A DNA stretch of 63,632 bases, filler included. It is 8 parts of 8 records of this genome, joined end to end, with 100 filler letters (N's around TTAATTAATTAA, not from the genome) between each part and the next. Parts side by side here need not be neighbours in the genome. Positions count along the whole stretch, not along the records: positions 12,713 to 22,530 come from SRR20825006_1415; positions 22,631 to 33,331 come from SRR20825006_1416; 6 more parts are not named here. One strand, written 5' to 3'. Below the pieces are notes generated by a model. That model worked only from the letters and a program-made list of their open reading frames with translations, did not search any database and was not told where the DNA came from. Below, in pieces: positions 20,167 through 29,638 of this stretch; position 1 is the stretch's first letter; every line of letters begins with the position of its first letter. Made by a program: the position numbers and the translations under genes.

Positions 20167-20760
20167 TCAGACCGGTTTGCGGGCGCGTAGCGCGGCCGTG
20201 ATCGTGCCATCATCAAGGTAATCCAGCTCCCCGCCGACGGGCACGCCCTGGGCCAATGTGGTCATCGTCACACGGCCTTCAAGCTGGTCCGCGATATAGT
20301 GGGCGGTGGTCTGGCCGTCGATGGTGGCGTTCAGCGCCAGGATGACTTCGCGCACGTCTTCGGCCTCGATCCGGTCGATCAGGCGCGGAATGCGCAGTTC
20401 TTCGGGGCCCACGGCATCCAGCGCCGACAAAGTGCCGCCCAGCACGTGATAGCGCCCCTTGAACATGCCCGAGCGTTCCATGGCCCACAGGTCGGCCACG
20501 TCCTCGACCACGCAAAGTTCACCGTTCTGGCGTTTGTTCGACGTGCAGATATCGCAGACATCCGTGGTGCCGACATTGCCGCAGTTCAGACATTCGCGTG
20601 CGGTGGCGGCGACGGTCTGCATCACATCGGCCAACGGGGTCAGCAGCAGGGCGCGTTTGCGGATCAGGTGCAACACCGCGCGCCGCGCCGACCGGGGGCC
20701 AAGGCCCGGCAATTTCGCCATCATCTCGATCAGGGCATCGATGTCGTCGGTCGAACTCAC
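20167..20760 (-). CDS. recR: recombination mediator RecR
   Basis: [11 protein letters not shown] HhH, C4 zinc finger, Toprim ([19 protein letters not shown]). Confidence 0.97.
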   Translation of the reverse strand: MSSTDDIDALIEMMAKLPGLGPRSARRAVLHLIRKRALLLTPLADVMQTVAATARECLNCGNVGTTDVCDICTSNKRQNGELCVVEDVADLWAMERSGMFKGRYHVLGGTLSALDAVGPEELRIPRLIDRIEAEDVREVILALNATIDGQTTAHYIADQLEGRVTMTTLAQGVPVGGELDYLDDGTITAALRARKPV

Positions 20761-20811
20761 GCGGGGTCCTTGGGTTGCATTCCTGCCCGGTGGGGGCCTT
20801 TGGCAGGCCGA

Positions 20812-20844
20812 CCCTCCGGGGGGAGTTTAAGGGGCAAGATGAAG
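20812..20844 (+). repeat. short intergenic Rhodobacterales-type repeat; related copies at ~16990-17023 (+) and ~17070-17104 (-)
   Basis: CCTCCGGGGGGAGTTTAAGGGGCAAGATGAAG resembles CGTCCGGCGGGGCTTTTTGAGCCAGAGAAG and reverse-complement CCTGCGACGAAGGTATCCGGGGCCAAAAGAA. Confidence 0.5.
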
Positions 20845-20849
20845 CCCGT

Positions 20850-21194
20850 TCAGAATGGCAGTTTCATGCCTGCGGGCAGGCCCAGACCTTCGGTCATCTT
20901 GGACAGTTCTTCCTGCGACTTCGCGGCGGCCTTGGCTTGGGCGTCCTTGATGGCGGCCAGGATCAGATCCTCGACCACTTCCTTGTCGTCGCTGTTGAAA
21001 ATGCTGGGGTCGATGTCCAGTGCGGTCAGGTCGCCCTTGGCGGTGGCGGTTGCCTTGACCAGACCGGCGCCGGATTCGCCGGTGACCATGACGTTTTGCA
21101 GGTCGTCCTGCATCTGCGCCATCTTGTCCTGCATTTCCTTGGCTTTTTTCATCATGCCGGCCATGTCGCCCAGCCCGCCCAGTCCTTTAAGCAT
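20850..21194 (-). CDS. ybaB: YbaB/EbfC nucleoid-associated protein
   Basis: MMKKAKEMQ..., GESGAGLV, IDP, EDLILAA; dnaX-ybaB-recR synteny. Confidence 0.95.
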   Translation of the reverse strand: MLKGLGGLGDMAGMMKKAKEMQDKMAQMQDDLQNVMVTGESGAGLVKATATAKGDLTALDIDPSIFNSDDKEVVEDLILAAIKDAQAKAAAKSQEELSKMTEGLGLPAGMKLPF

Positions 21195-21257
21195 CGTCGT
21201 CTCCTTGGGTGTGTCTTTGATCTGATATGTGATGTCGCGTGCCCGTCAGGGCAAGGG

Positions 21258-22530
21258 TCAGTCTTCTTCGAAGGGGTCCCATTCGTCCTCGACCTCGGGC
21301 AGGGCTTCGACCTGGGCCGATGCTGCGATCTCTTCGGGCGTGCGGATGCCGGTGATCCGTGCCTTGGGGAATTGGGCCATGACGGCCATGACCAGCGGGT
21401 GCGCTTCGGCCTCGGCGCGTTGTTCCAGCTCGGCAGCATCGCGGACCTCGGCGATGGTCTTGCCGCCGCCGTCGTTGACGATTGTCACAGCCCAGCGGTT
21501 GCCGGTCCATGTTTGCAGGCGCGCGCCCAGACGCTGTGCCAGATCGTGCGGGGCGCCGTCGGCGGGCACGAACTCGATGCGCCCCGGTTGGTAGGCGGCC
21601 AGCTTCAGCGTTGTTTCCACATCGATCAGCAGTTTTCCGTCGCGATTGGTTCGGATCAGCTCGACGACATGCTCGAAGGTGGGAAAGCGGGCCAGCGCGC
21701 TGTCAGCGTTGACCGCCAGTGCCGCCGTGGGGCCGCCACCGCTGTGGGCTGCGGGACGCGCGGCCTGGGCGTAGGCTTGCGTGGCGCCACCCGACGCAGC
21801 GCCACCGACCGTGCCGCCATTACCGCCGGGGGCAGGGGGCGGTGTGCTGTTGAGTTTGCGCACCAGTTCCTCGGGGGTCGGCAGGTCAGCCACATGGGTC
21901 AGGCGGATGATCGCCATTTCGGCGGCCATCATCGCATTGGGGGCGGCTGCGACCTCGTCCAAGGCTTTCAGCAGCATCTGCCACAGGCGCGTCAGCACCC
22001 GCATCGGCAGGTTCTCGGCCATGGTCTGGCCGCGCTGCCGCTCGTCTGGTGATACGGTGGGGTCTTCGGAGGCTTCGGGCGTGATTTTGACCACGCTGAC
22101 CCAGTGGGTGATCTCGGCCAGATCGCGCAGCACCGCCATGGGGTCGGCCCCGTCGGCATATTGCGCACCCAGTTCGGTCAGCGCCGCTGCTGCATCGCCG
22201 CGCAGGATCATGTCCAGCAGGTCCAGCACGCGGCCCCGGTCGGCCAGCCCCAGCATGGCGCGGACCTGTTCGGCGGTGGTTTCACCCGCACCGTGTGAAA
22301 TCGCCTGATCCAGCAGCGATGTCGCATCGCGCGCCGAGCCTTCGGCGGCGCGGGTGATCAGGGCCAGCGCGTCGTCGGCAATTTGGGCGTTTTCGGCGCT
22401 GGCAATCTTGCGCATCAGCGTGATCATCACCTCGGGTTCGATCCGGCGCAGGTCGAACCGCTGGCAGCGCGACAGCACCGTCACAGGCACCTTGCGAATC
22501 TCGGTGGTGGCAAAGATGAATTTGACGTGG
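21258..22530 (-). CDS. dnaX: DNA polymerase III subunit gamma/tau (5' truncated)
   Basis: HVKFIFATTE, VPVTVLSRCQRFDLRRI, AEGSARDATSLLDQAI. Confidence 0.96.
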
Positions 22531-22630
22531 NNNNNNNNNNNNNNNNNNNNNNNNNNNNNNNNNNNNNNNNNNNNTTAATTAATTAANNNNNNNNNNNNNN
22601 NNNNNNNNNNNNNNNNNNNNNNNNNNNNNN
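22531..22630. other. artificial contig spacer
   Basis: N44-TTAATTAATTAA-N44. Confidence 0.99.
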
Positions 22631-22632
22631 AC

Positions 22633-23232
22633 TACAACCAGTTGATCCCGCGCGAAGAGGTCGATGAGATGGGCGTCTATTCCATCGCCGACCCCAATTA
22701 TGAGCCGTCCGCCGGTTCGGGTTCGCATGGCTCGATCAGCCCGCAGGCCGAAGCGCCCTATGGCATTCGCGTCAATGCCGGCTGGCGGGTGCCGTTTACG
22801 GGTCTGCTGTGCAAGGAGCCGCCCTATGGCGGGATCGCGGCGATCGACCTCAACACTCGCGAAATGCTGTGGGATCGCCCCTTCGGCACCGCCCGCAAGA
22901 ACGGCCCCTTCGGCATTCCCTCCATGCTGCCGGTCGATATCGGCACGCCCAATAATGGTGGCGGCTTCATTACCGCTTCTGGCCTGTTCTTCATCGGCGC
23001 GGCCACGGACGATCTGTTCCGGGCCGTCGACATCGAGACCGGCGAGCGGGTTTGGGAAGTGGAACTCCCGGCCGGCGGCCAGGCAACCCCGATGACCTAT
23101 GAGTCCCAGGGGCGGCAGATCGTGGTCATCAATGCCGGTGGCCATGACTTCATGGAAACGCCCATTGGCGACTACTTTATCGCCTATGCACTGCCGGGTG
23201 GCGAGACAGCCGCGAGCGACGAGCAGCCTTAG
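22633..23232 (+). CDS. membrane PQQ-dependent glucose/quinate/shikimate-type dehydrogenase, C-terminal part
   Basis: CKEPPYGGIAAIDL, GTPNNGG, TASGLFFIGA, LPAGGQATPMTY, AGGH...GDY.IAYALP. Confidence 0.9.
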   Translation, partial: YNQLIPREEVDEMGVYSIADPNYEPSAGSGSHGSISPQAEAPYGIRVNAGWRVPFTGLLCKEPPYGGIAAIDLNTREMLWDRPFGTARKNGPFGIPSMLPVDIGTPNNGGGFITASGLFFIGAATDDLFRAVDIETGERVWEVELPAGGQATPMTYESQGRQIVVINAGGHDFMETPIGDYFIAYALPGGETAASDEQP

Positions 23233-23243
23233 GTCTCAACGCC

Positions 23244-23282
23244 CCCGACACGGCCTCCCCAGCCAGAGGAGGCCGTGTCGGG
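23244..23282. other. 15-bp perfect inverted repeat without U-tract
   Basis: CCCGACACGGCCTCC / GGAGGCCGTGTCGGG between the PQQ dehydrogenase and ctaG. Confidence 0.7.
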
Positions 23283-23301
23283 ATAACCTCCAACATCCGG
23301 A

Positions 23302-24060
23302 ATGGAAATGGACCCAGCGTCAGCCTTTTCCTTCGACATGAGCTATTGCGGATCGCCACCGACCCTGGAGACACTCTGGGGCCGGTGGAATTTCGAGCCC
23401 GGACTGCTCAGTGTCCTTGTCCTCACGGCCCTTGCCGGATTTGTCCTGTTGCGGCGGGCGGGGCAGCAGCGCCAGCTTGCCTTTGCCGGTGCGTGGCTGC
23501 TGGCCGTCATACTGTTTGTGTCCCCCGTCTGCGCGCTTAGCGTGGCACTGTTCTCGGTACGGGTCGGCCACCATGTCGTGCTGACCATGATGCTGGCGCC
23601 GCTCGTCGCGCTGGCCCTGCCGGACAGATGGGGACGCGGGTTGGTCCTGTTGCCGCCGCTGGTCATCTCGACCCTGGCGCTCTGGCTCTGGCATGCGCCG
23701 GACTTCTACACATCCGCTTTCACCCATCCCGCGCTTTACTGGCTCATGCAGGCGAGCCTGATTGCCAGTTTCACCTGGCTCTGGCTGGGTCTGTTGCGCA
23801 GTCCTGCCGCGATGGCCGCAGGCATTTCGGCTTTGTCCAGCGCTATCCAGATGGGGCTGCTTGGCGCGCTGCTGGTGTTTGCACCGGGCGCGCTCTATCT
23901 GCCGCACCTGGGCAGCACCCTCAATTTCGGCCTTTCGCCGCTGGAGGACCAGCAGCTTGCGGGGCTGATCATGTGGGTCCCGGCCAATCTTCCACTGATG
24001 GCACTGGTGCTGTGGCGGTTGCTGCGTGCCCTGCAGCCAGACCGGGCGGTGGCCGAATGA
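23302..24060 (+). CDS. caa3-type CtaG cytochrome c oxidase assembly factor
   Basis: LFSVRVGHH...APLV, LWLWHAP, LSPLEDQQLAGLIMWVP. Confidence 0.88.
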   Translation: MEMDPASAFSFDMSYCGSPPTLETLWGRWNFEPGLLSVLVLTALAGFVLLRRAGQQRQLAFAGAWLLAVILFVSPVCALSVALFSVRVGHHVVLTMMLAPLVALALPDRWGRGLVLLPPLVISTLALWLWHAPDFYTSAFTHPALYWLMQASLIASFTWLWLGLLRSPAAMAAGISALSSAIQMGLLGALLVFAPGALYLPHLGSTLNFGLSPLEDQQLAGLIMWVPANLPLMALVLWRLLRALQPDRAVAE

Positions 24061-24569
24061 GCCTTGATTTGCTCGTCACCTGGCTCAAATTCATCCATGT
24101 CGCCACCATTGCCGGATGGTCGGCCGGGCTGGTCGCCCTGCCGTTCCTTTATCGCCAGCGTCAGGGGCTGGAGGGGCAGAAGCTGCACCGGCTGCATGCC
24201 TTCACCCGCTTTCTCTATGTGGCGCTGGTATCGCCGACCGCCTTTGCCGCCATCGCCTCGGGTACGGCGCTGATCCTGTTGCAGGGTACTTATGAAAACT
24301 GGTTCTCGGCCAAGCTGGTGGGCGTTTCGGTGCTGACCGGCGTGCACATCTTTTCCGGGCTGATGATCCTGAGGCTGTTCGAGCCGGGCAGGGCCTATCC
24401 GCTCGGGCGCTTCATCCTGGTGCTGGCGCTGACCCTTTCGGCCATAGCCGCCATTCTGGTGCTGGTGTTGGGCAAACCCGACATCGAATGGCCGGCGGTG
24501 CTGGCCGGTTTGTTTGCGCCCGGAGCGCTTTCAGAGCTGTTCGAGCAGCTTATTGGCGAGGCGAAATGA
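24057..24569 (+). CDS. HemJ/CopD-family membrane protein
   Basis: WLKFIHV...WSAGL.ALP, WFSAKL...H, LVLGKP; ATGA overlap with ctaG. Confidence 0.75.
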   Translation: MSLDLLVTWLKFIHVATIAGWSAGLVALPFLYRQRQGLEGQKLHRLHAFTRFLYVALVSPTAFAAIASGTALILLQGTYENWFSAKLVGVSVLTGVHIFSGLMILRLFEPGRAYPLGRFILVLALTLSAIAAILVLVLGKPDIEWPAVLAGLFAPGALSELFEQLIGEAK

Positions 24570-25107
24570 TGAGGCCGACGCCGTGATCGAACACCAGCTT
24601 GCCGCCATGCCAACCCGCAAAGCCGGCCGCCATGGTCGCCAATACCGAGAGCATCAGCCCGCTGGGCAGGACCATCTCGGGCCAATAGATGCGCAGGCCC
24701 GCATTGGCGCCGACAATGGCGAGCATCACCATGGCCGCGATGGCGTGGTTCCAGCTGGCCACGCGCACGCGAATGCCGGGCACCGCCAGCAGCTCCAGCG
24801 TACCGGCAATGGCCGCGAGCAGACCGAACGCAAAGGCGGCGCCGGCGGCCCATTTGCCGACCTCGAGCCAGAACGGATCTGCGTTCCACCAGTAGAAAAT
24901 ATCGACGCCCAATGTGGCAACCACAAAGGCGATGGGGAAATGCACCAGCATGGCATGGATGGGGTGCCCCGCCACGGCGATTGCCGAGCCGATATCCTTG
25001 CCTGCCACGGCACGAATGGCCGGATTGGGGTGATCGGACCGGGCCTCTGGCGGCGTCTCCTCGTCGCGGATTTCGCTTTCTTCGTCCTCGCGCGGAATAT
25101 CGGTCAT
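24550..25107 (-). CDS. DUF2231 membrane protein
   Basis: GHPIHAMLVHFPIA, WNHA, GWHGGKLVFDHGVG; AAGGGG RBS. Confidence 0.88.
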   Translation of the reverse strand: MTDIPREDEESEIRDEETPPEARSDHPNPAIRAVAGKDIGSAIAVAGHPIHAMLVHFPIAFVVATLGVDIFYWWNADPFWLEVGKWAAGAAFAFGLLAAIAGTLELLAVPGIRVRVASWNHAIAAMVMLAIVGANAGLRIYWPEMVLPSGLMLSVLATMAAGFAGWHGGKLVFDHGVGLIISPRQ

Positions 25108-25119
25108 CTGGTTCGCCCC

Positions 25120-25782
25120 TTGTTCAAGCCCGTTGCACTAGGTGCAACGCCGCTGCTGCTGGCCGGTTGCACGGGCGAACTTTCAGCCCTTGATCCGGCA
25201 GGCCCGCGCGCGGCCAATCTGGCCACGCTCTGGTGGGTGATGTTCTACGGTTCCACTCTCCTGTTCGCGCTGGTCATCGCGCTGTTCGCCATGGCCTATC
25301 TACGGCCTGCATGGGTGTCGCGCATCTCTCCCGTCCAATGGATCGTTGGCGGCGGGCTGGTGCTGCCTGTCCCGATCCTGATCTTGCTCACCGGCACGGC
25401 GCTGGTGCTGGGCGAACAATTGCTCCCAAGGGGCGATGCCCCGTTGCGCTTTGGCGCCCATGCCGAGCGCTGGCAATGGAATTTCATCTATCCGGACGGA
25501 GAACGCATGAGCGACGACGTGCTGCATATTCCCGCCGGTCAGCCCATCGATGTCGCGGTGACCTCCGCCGATGTGATCCATTCATTCTGGGTGCCCAGGC
25601 TGGGCGGCAAGATCGACGCCATTCCGGGCCACGAGAACCTGATCCGCCTGGAGGCCGACGAACCCGGCATTTATTGGGGCCAATGCGCCGAATATTGCGG
25701 ACCGGGGCATGATGGCATGTGGTTCCGTATCGAGGCGCACACGGTCGAGGACTTCTCGGCCCTGATGGAGGGCGGCCAATGA
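25120..25782 (+). CDS. cytochrome c oxidase subunit II (CuA), lipoprotein; start approximate
   Basis: LLLAGC lipobox, two TMs, RWQW, DVIHSFWVP, CAEYCGPGHDGM CuA motif. Confidence 0.92.
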   Translation: MFKPVALGATPLLLAGCTGELSALDPAGPRAANLATLWWVMFYGSTLLFALVIALFAMAYLRPAWVSRISPVQWIVGGGLVLPVPILILLTGTALVLGEQLLPRGDAPLRFGAHAERWQWNFIYPDGERMSDDVLHIPAGQPIDVAVTSADVIHSFWVPRLGGKIDAIPGHENLIRLEADEPGIYWGQCAEYCGPGHDGMWFRIEAHTVEDFSALMEGGQ

Positions 25783-28280
25783 GCCAGACGCCCTCCCCCA
25801 TTGGCCTCCACAAGCAGCTCGACGCGATCTGGCGCACGCCCCCCGGACTGGCCCGGCTCTCCAGCGTCAATCACACCATTTTGGGTAAGCGCTTCATGGC
25901 GCTGGCTCTGCTGTTCTTCGCTAATGGCGGCCTGTTGTCCATGCTGATCCGGGCGCAACTGGCCACGCCCAACAGCGCGTTTCTCGGTCCGGAACTCTAC
26001 AACCAGATCTTCACCATGCATGGCACGGTGATGATGTTCCTGTTCGCCATTCCCATGTTCGAGGGCTTTGCCATCTATATGCTGCCCAAGCTGCTGGGCG
26101 CGCGTGACCTCGCCTTTCCCCGGCTCACCGCCTATGGCTTCTGGTGCTATCTGTTTGGCGGGTCGATCCTGATCATCGCCATGCTGGCGGGCGTAGCGCC
26201 CAATGGCGGCTGGTTCATGTACACGCCGCTCTCCTCGAAACCCTATACGCCGGGCATCAATGCCGATGTCTGGCTCCTGGGCATCACCTTTGTCGAAATC
26301 TCGGCGGTGACGGCAGCAGTCGAAATCTTCGTCACCATCCTCAAGATGCGGGCGCCGGGCATGGCCCTTACGCGCATGCCGCTGTTTGCCTGGTACATGC
26401 TGGTGACCGCGGGGATGATGATCATCGGCTTTCCGCCATTGATCCTGGGGTCCATCCTGCTTGAGATGGAGCGCGCCTTCGACCTGCCGTTCTTCGATCC
26501 GACACGCGGTGGCGATCCGCTCTTGTGGCAGCACCTGTTCTGGCTGTTCGGGCATCCGGAGGTTTATATCATCTTCCTGCCCGCCGCCGGGGCGCTTTCG
26601 ACCATTATTCCGGTGTTCGCGCAGCGTCCGATCCTGGGCTATCGCGCCATCATCGCGGCCATTGTCGCCATGGCGTTTCTCAGCTTCGGGCTCTGGGTGC
26701 ACCACATGTTCACCGTGGGCATTCCGCATCTTGCGCTGGCGTTCTTTTCTGCGGCCAGCGCAATGGTGGCGATCCCCACGGCAGTGCAGATCTTTGCCTG
26801 GATCGGCACGCTGGCGTCGGGCAGGCCGCGTTGGGACATTCCCATGCTCTATGTCTTCGGCTTCTTCGTGGTCTTCGTCTGCGGCGGGCTGACCGGGGTG
26901 ATGCTGGCCATGGTGCCCTTCAACACCCAGGCGCATGACAGCTATTTCGTGGTGGCGCATCTGCACTATGTGCTGGTGGGCGGCTTCGTCTTCCCCATGC
27001 TGGCCGCGATCTATTATTGGCTGCCCCATATTTCGGGGCGCCAAAGTCTCTACCGGCTCTCAATCCCCGCCTTCTGGCTGATCCTGATCGGCTTCAACCT
27101 CACCTTTTTCCTGATGCATCTGACCGGGCTGATGGGCATGCCGCGCCGCATCTCCACCTACCCCTCCAATTGGGGCTGGGACTGGCTCAACCTGCTCTCC
27201 TCGGTGGGCGGCTTTATCCTCACAATGGGCTTTGCGCTGGTCCTGGCCGACATGGTGCTGCAGTTCCGTTTCGGCGCCCGCTTCCGCCGCGATCCCTGGC
27301 AGAGCGGGACGCTGGAATGGGCCACGGCGACCCCGCCGCCGAGCTATAATTTTGCCGCCATTCCGCATATCGAGACCCGCGCCGACCAGTTGCGGCCAGC
27401 GCTCATCGGTCCGGTGCTGGCGGGCGGTGACGGCTATCTCGGCTTTGCCCGCAATGGCGAACAGGAAACCCTGGCAGTCGACCTGACGAGTGGCGAAGCC
27501 GAGCAGTTGATCGTCCTGCCGCGCCGCTCCTACCTGCCGCTCTGGACGGCCCTTGCGACGGCCAGCTTTTTCCTCGCGCTGTTGTTCAAGCTCTATTGGC
27601 TGGCCCCGTTCGGGGCACTGGCGACGCTCGTGCTGTTCCTGTTCTGGCCCAGAAGCCTCGGATCAAAGTCGGACCGCGGACTGATCGATATCGGCCGCGG
27701 CCTTGCCGTTCCGCCCGATGTGGAAGCACCGGACAATGTGACCGTGCTGGCCAATCGCACGGCGCTGGTGATGAATGGGACGCTGTTCGCCTCGCTATTG
27801 TTTGGTGGCTTGTTCCTGCTGGTGGTGGCACCGGGCTGGCAGGGCTCAAGCGCGCCGAACCTGCCGCTCTGGGCCGGAGCATTGGCCATGGTTGCCAGCC
27901 TTTCGGCTGCGGGCGTGACCGCCCTGACCGGCCGCCATCCTGCTGCGGCCATGCCGCTTCGCGCCGGCCTTCTGGCAGCAATCGTGCTGCAAATCCTCGC
28001 CCTGATCCTCCTCGCGCTGATCATGTCTGCGCTGGGCGACCCGACCAGACATGCGCGCCAGGCCGTGCCCTTTGTCACCCTTGGTTATGCCGCGCTGCAT
28101 TGTGGCCTGGGCGCTCTCCTGGCCGCGCATGCGCTCTGGCGGCATGTGCAGGGCTATGTCTCCGCGCGCCGACGCACCGAGCTGGTGCTGGCCACATTGT
28201 GGAATGGCTATGCCGGCGGCGTGGTGGTCCTGGCCCTTGGCCTTGTGGCGCTACTGAGCCTTAACGGGAGTGCGCCATGA
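25779..28280 (+). CDS. heme-copper oxidase subunit I fused to a degenerate subunit III
   Basis: TMHGT, WLFGHPEVY, WVHHMF, VAHLHYV, GMPRR, plus a long multi-TM C-terminal extension; ATG 25779 overlaps the coxII stop. Confidence 0.95.
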   Translation: MSQTPSPIGLHKQLDAIWRTPPGLARLSSVNHTILGKRFMALALLFFANGGLLSMLIRAQLATPNSAFLGPELYNQIFTMHGTVMMFLFAIPMFEGFAIYMLPKLLGARDLAFPRLTAYGFWCYLFGGSILIIAMLAGVAPNGGWFMYTPLSSKPYTPGINADVWLLGITFVEISAVTAAVEIFVTILKMRAPGMALTRMPLFAWYMLVTAGMMIIGFPPLILGSILLEMERAFDLPFFDPTRGGDPLLWQHLFWLFGHPEVYIIFLPAAGALSTIIPVFAQRPILGYRAIIAAIVAMAFLSFGLWVHHMFTVGIPHLALAFFSAASAMVAIPTAVQIFAWIGTLASGRPRWDIPMLYVFGFFVVFVCGGLTGVMLAMVPFNTQAHDSYFVVAHLHYVLVGGFVFPMLAAIYYWLPHISGRQSLYRLSIPAFWLILIGFNLTFFLMHLTGLMGMPRRISTYPSNWGWDWLNLLSSVGGFILTMGFALVLADMVLQFRFGARFRRDPWQSGTLEWATATPPPSYNFAAIPHIETRADQLRPALIGPVLAGGDGYLGFARNGEQETLAVDLTSGEAEQLIVLPRRSYLPLWTALATASFFLALLFKLYWLAPFGALATLVLFLFWPRSLGSKSDRGLIDIGRGLAVPPDVEAPDNVTVLANRTALVMNGTLFASLLFGGLFLLVVAPGWQGSSAPNLPLWAGALAMVASLSAAGVTALTGRHPAAAMPLRAGLLAAIVLQILALILLALIMSALGDPTRHARQAVPFVTLGYAALHCGLGALLAAHALWRHVQGYVSARRRTELVLATLWNGYAGGVVVLALGLVALLSLNGSAP

Positions 28281-28585
28281 CGGTGATGATGCGGACACCC
28301 CTGGTCCGGCTGATTGCCGGTTTTGTCATCTGGTCGGTGGGCTTTGTCGCGCTCTATGCCGTCCAGGCGCTGGGTTGCGCTTATGGCTGGGGCGACTGGC
28401 ACCGACCGGTGTTGATCGGCCTATACGTGCTTGCACTCGCGCCACTCGTCTGGCTGGCCATGCCCGCCCCTGCCGGCGCGGAGGAAGGTCCACTGCACTT
28501 CGCCGCACTCTGGGCCAACCGGGCCGCGCTTTTCGCCGCCGCGCTGATCTTCATGCCGGTGACTTTTGCCAGTCTCTGCGTCTAG
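28277..28585 (+). CDS. small 3-TM protein coupled to coxI, possible accessory subunit
   Basis: ATGA overlap with coxI; GFVIWSVGFVALYAVQALGC. Confidence 0.75.
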   Translation: MTVMMRTPLVRLIAGFVIWSVGFVALYAVQALGCAYGWGDWHRPVLIGLYVLALAPLVWLAMPAPAGAEEGPLHFAALWANRAALFAAALIFMPVTFASLCV

Positions 28586-28594
28586 GTCAGGCGG

Positions 28595-29638
28595 TTACGC
28601 CTGCCGCGCGACGATCCCCGAGCCGACATAGGCGCACAAGAGCCGCGCCAACGCGGACAGCGAACTCATATGCGTGCGCTCCCAGCCATGCGAGCTGTCG
28701 AGCGAAAAGCACACCAGCCCGACCCTGATATCCCACCCCGCCTCGACGGCCGCGGCACTATCGGAGCGATAGTGGCGGAAGGTATCGCGGACATGCGGAA
28801 TGTCATTCTCGGCGCAGAGCGCCAGCATCTGCCGGGTCATCCGTTCATCGAACGGCCCCTGCCGGTCGCGCATGGCAATGGTCACCGCATCATCGCGGCT
28901 GGCCTGGTTGGGCGCGGTGACCGCATTGTCGATGGCGAGCAATTCCTCCACCTCGGGGCCGAAACCGTGCGTGCCGCCAATGCCGATCTCCTCGGCAATG
29001 GTGAACATGGCCTGGAACGGCGTTGCCACCCTGGTATGGCCATCGGCGATGGATTTGAGCACGGCGAGCAGTGTGGCACAGCCCGCCTTGTCGTCGAGAT
29101 GGCGGGAGACGATGAACCCGTCGACGATCTCGGGTTGGGCATCGATGGCGACCATGTCGCCGATATTGAACCCGGCAGCGACCAGTGCGGCCTTGTCGGG
29201 CAGCACGGCATCGATACGGATTTCGAGATTGTCCCAATCGGCCGGCTGGGTGTCCACTGCGGTATTGAAGCGATGCCCCGAGGCCTTGAGCGGCAGAATA
29301 GTGCCGCGATGCGTCGTCTGATCAGAGAACACCGTGACCCGTGCGCCCTCGGCAAAGCGGGCCGCCCAGGTGCCGGTATTGCGCAGGGCGAGCCTGCCAT
29401 TGGGCTTGAGTTCGGTGACCATGGCCCCGAGCGTGTCGAGATGGGCGGCCAGCGCCCGACGCGGCACACCTTCGCCAATCTCGACATAGAGCACGCCGCG
29501 ACGGGTGTATTGCGGCGTGTAGCCCAGTGCGCGCAGCCAGCCATCGACCAACGCCACGGCCCGGCCGGTCATCCCGACGGGGCTGGGGGTCTGCACCAGT
29601 TCGAGCAGGCAATCGCGCAGATAGTCGGTATCGATCAT
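28595..29638 (-). CDS. M42 family peptidase, NAGGN-system type
   Basis: AHLDTLG, WAARFAEGAR, GTILPLKASGH, SRHLDDKAG, EEIG, SHGWERTH. Confidence 0.88.
   Translation of the reverse strand: MIDTDYLRDCLLELVQTPSPVGMTGRAVALVDGWLRALGYTPQYTRRGVLYVEIGEGVPRRALAAHLDTLGAMVTELKPNGRLALRNTGTWAARFAEGARVTVFSDQTTHRGTILPLKASGHRFNTAVDTQPADWDNLEIRIDAVLPDKAALVAAGFNIGDMVAIDAQPEIVDGFIVSRHLDDKAGCATLLAVLKSIADGHTRVATPFQAMFTIAEEIGIGGTHGFGPEVEELLAIDNAVTAPNQASRDDAVTIAMRDRQGPFDERMTRQMLALCAENDIPHVRDTFRHYRSDSAAAVEAGWDIRVGLVCFSLDSSHGWERTHMSSLSALARLLCAYVGSGIVARQA

Noticed and set aside
21258-22530. Programmed frameshift in dnaX
   Set aside because: No A-AAA-AAG or long poly-A slippery site seen
24514-25119. 200-aa in-frame N-terminal extension of coxII
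   Set aside because: It is the antisense shadow of DUF2231; the lipobox places the start near 25120
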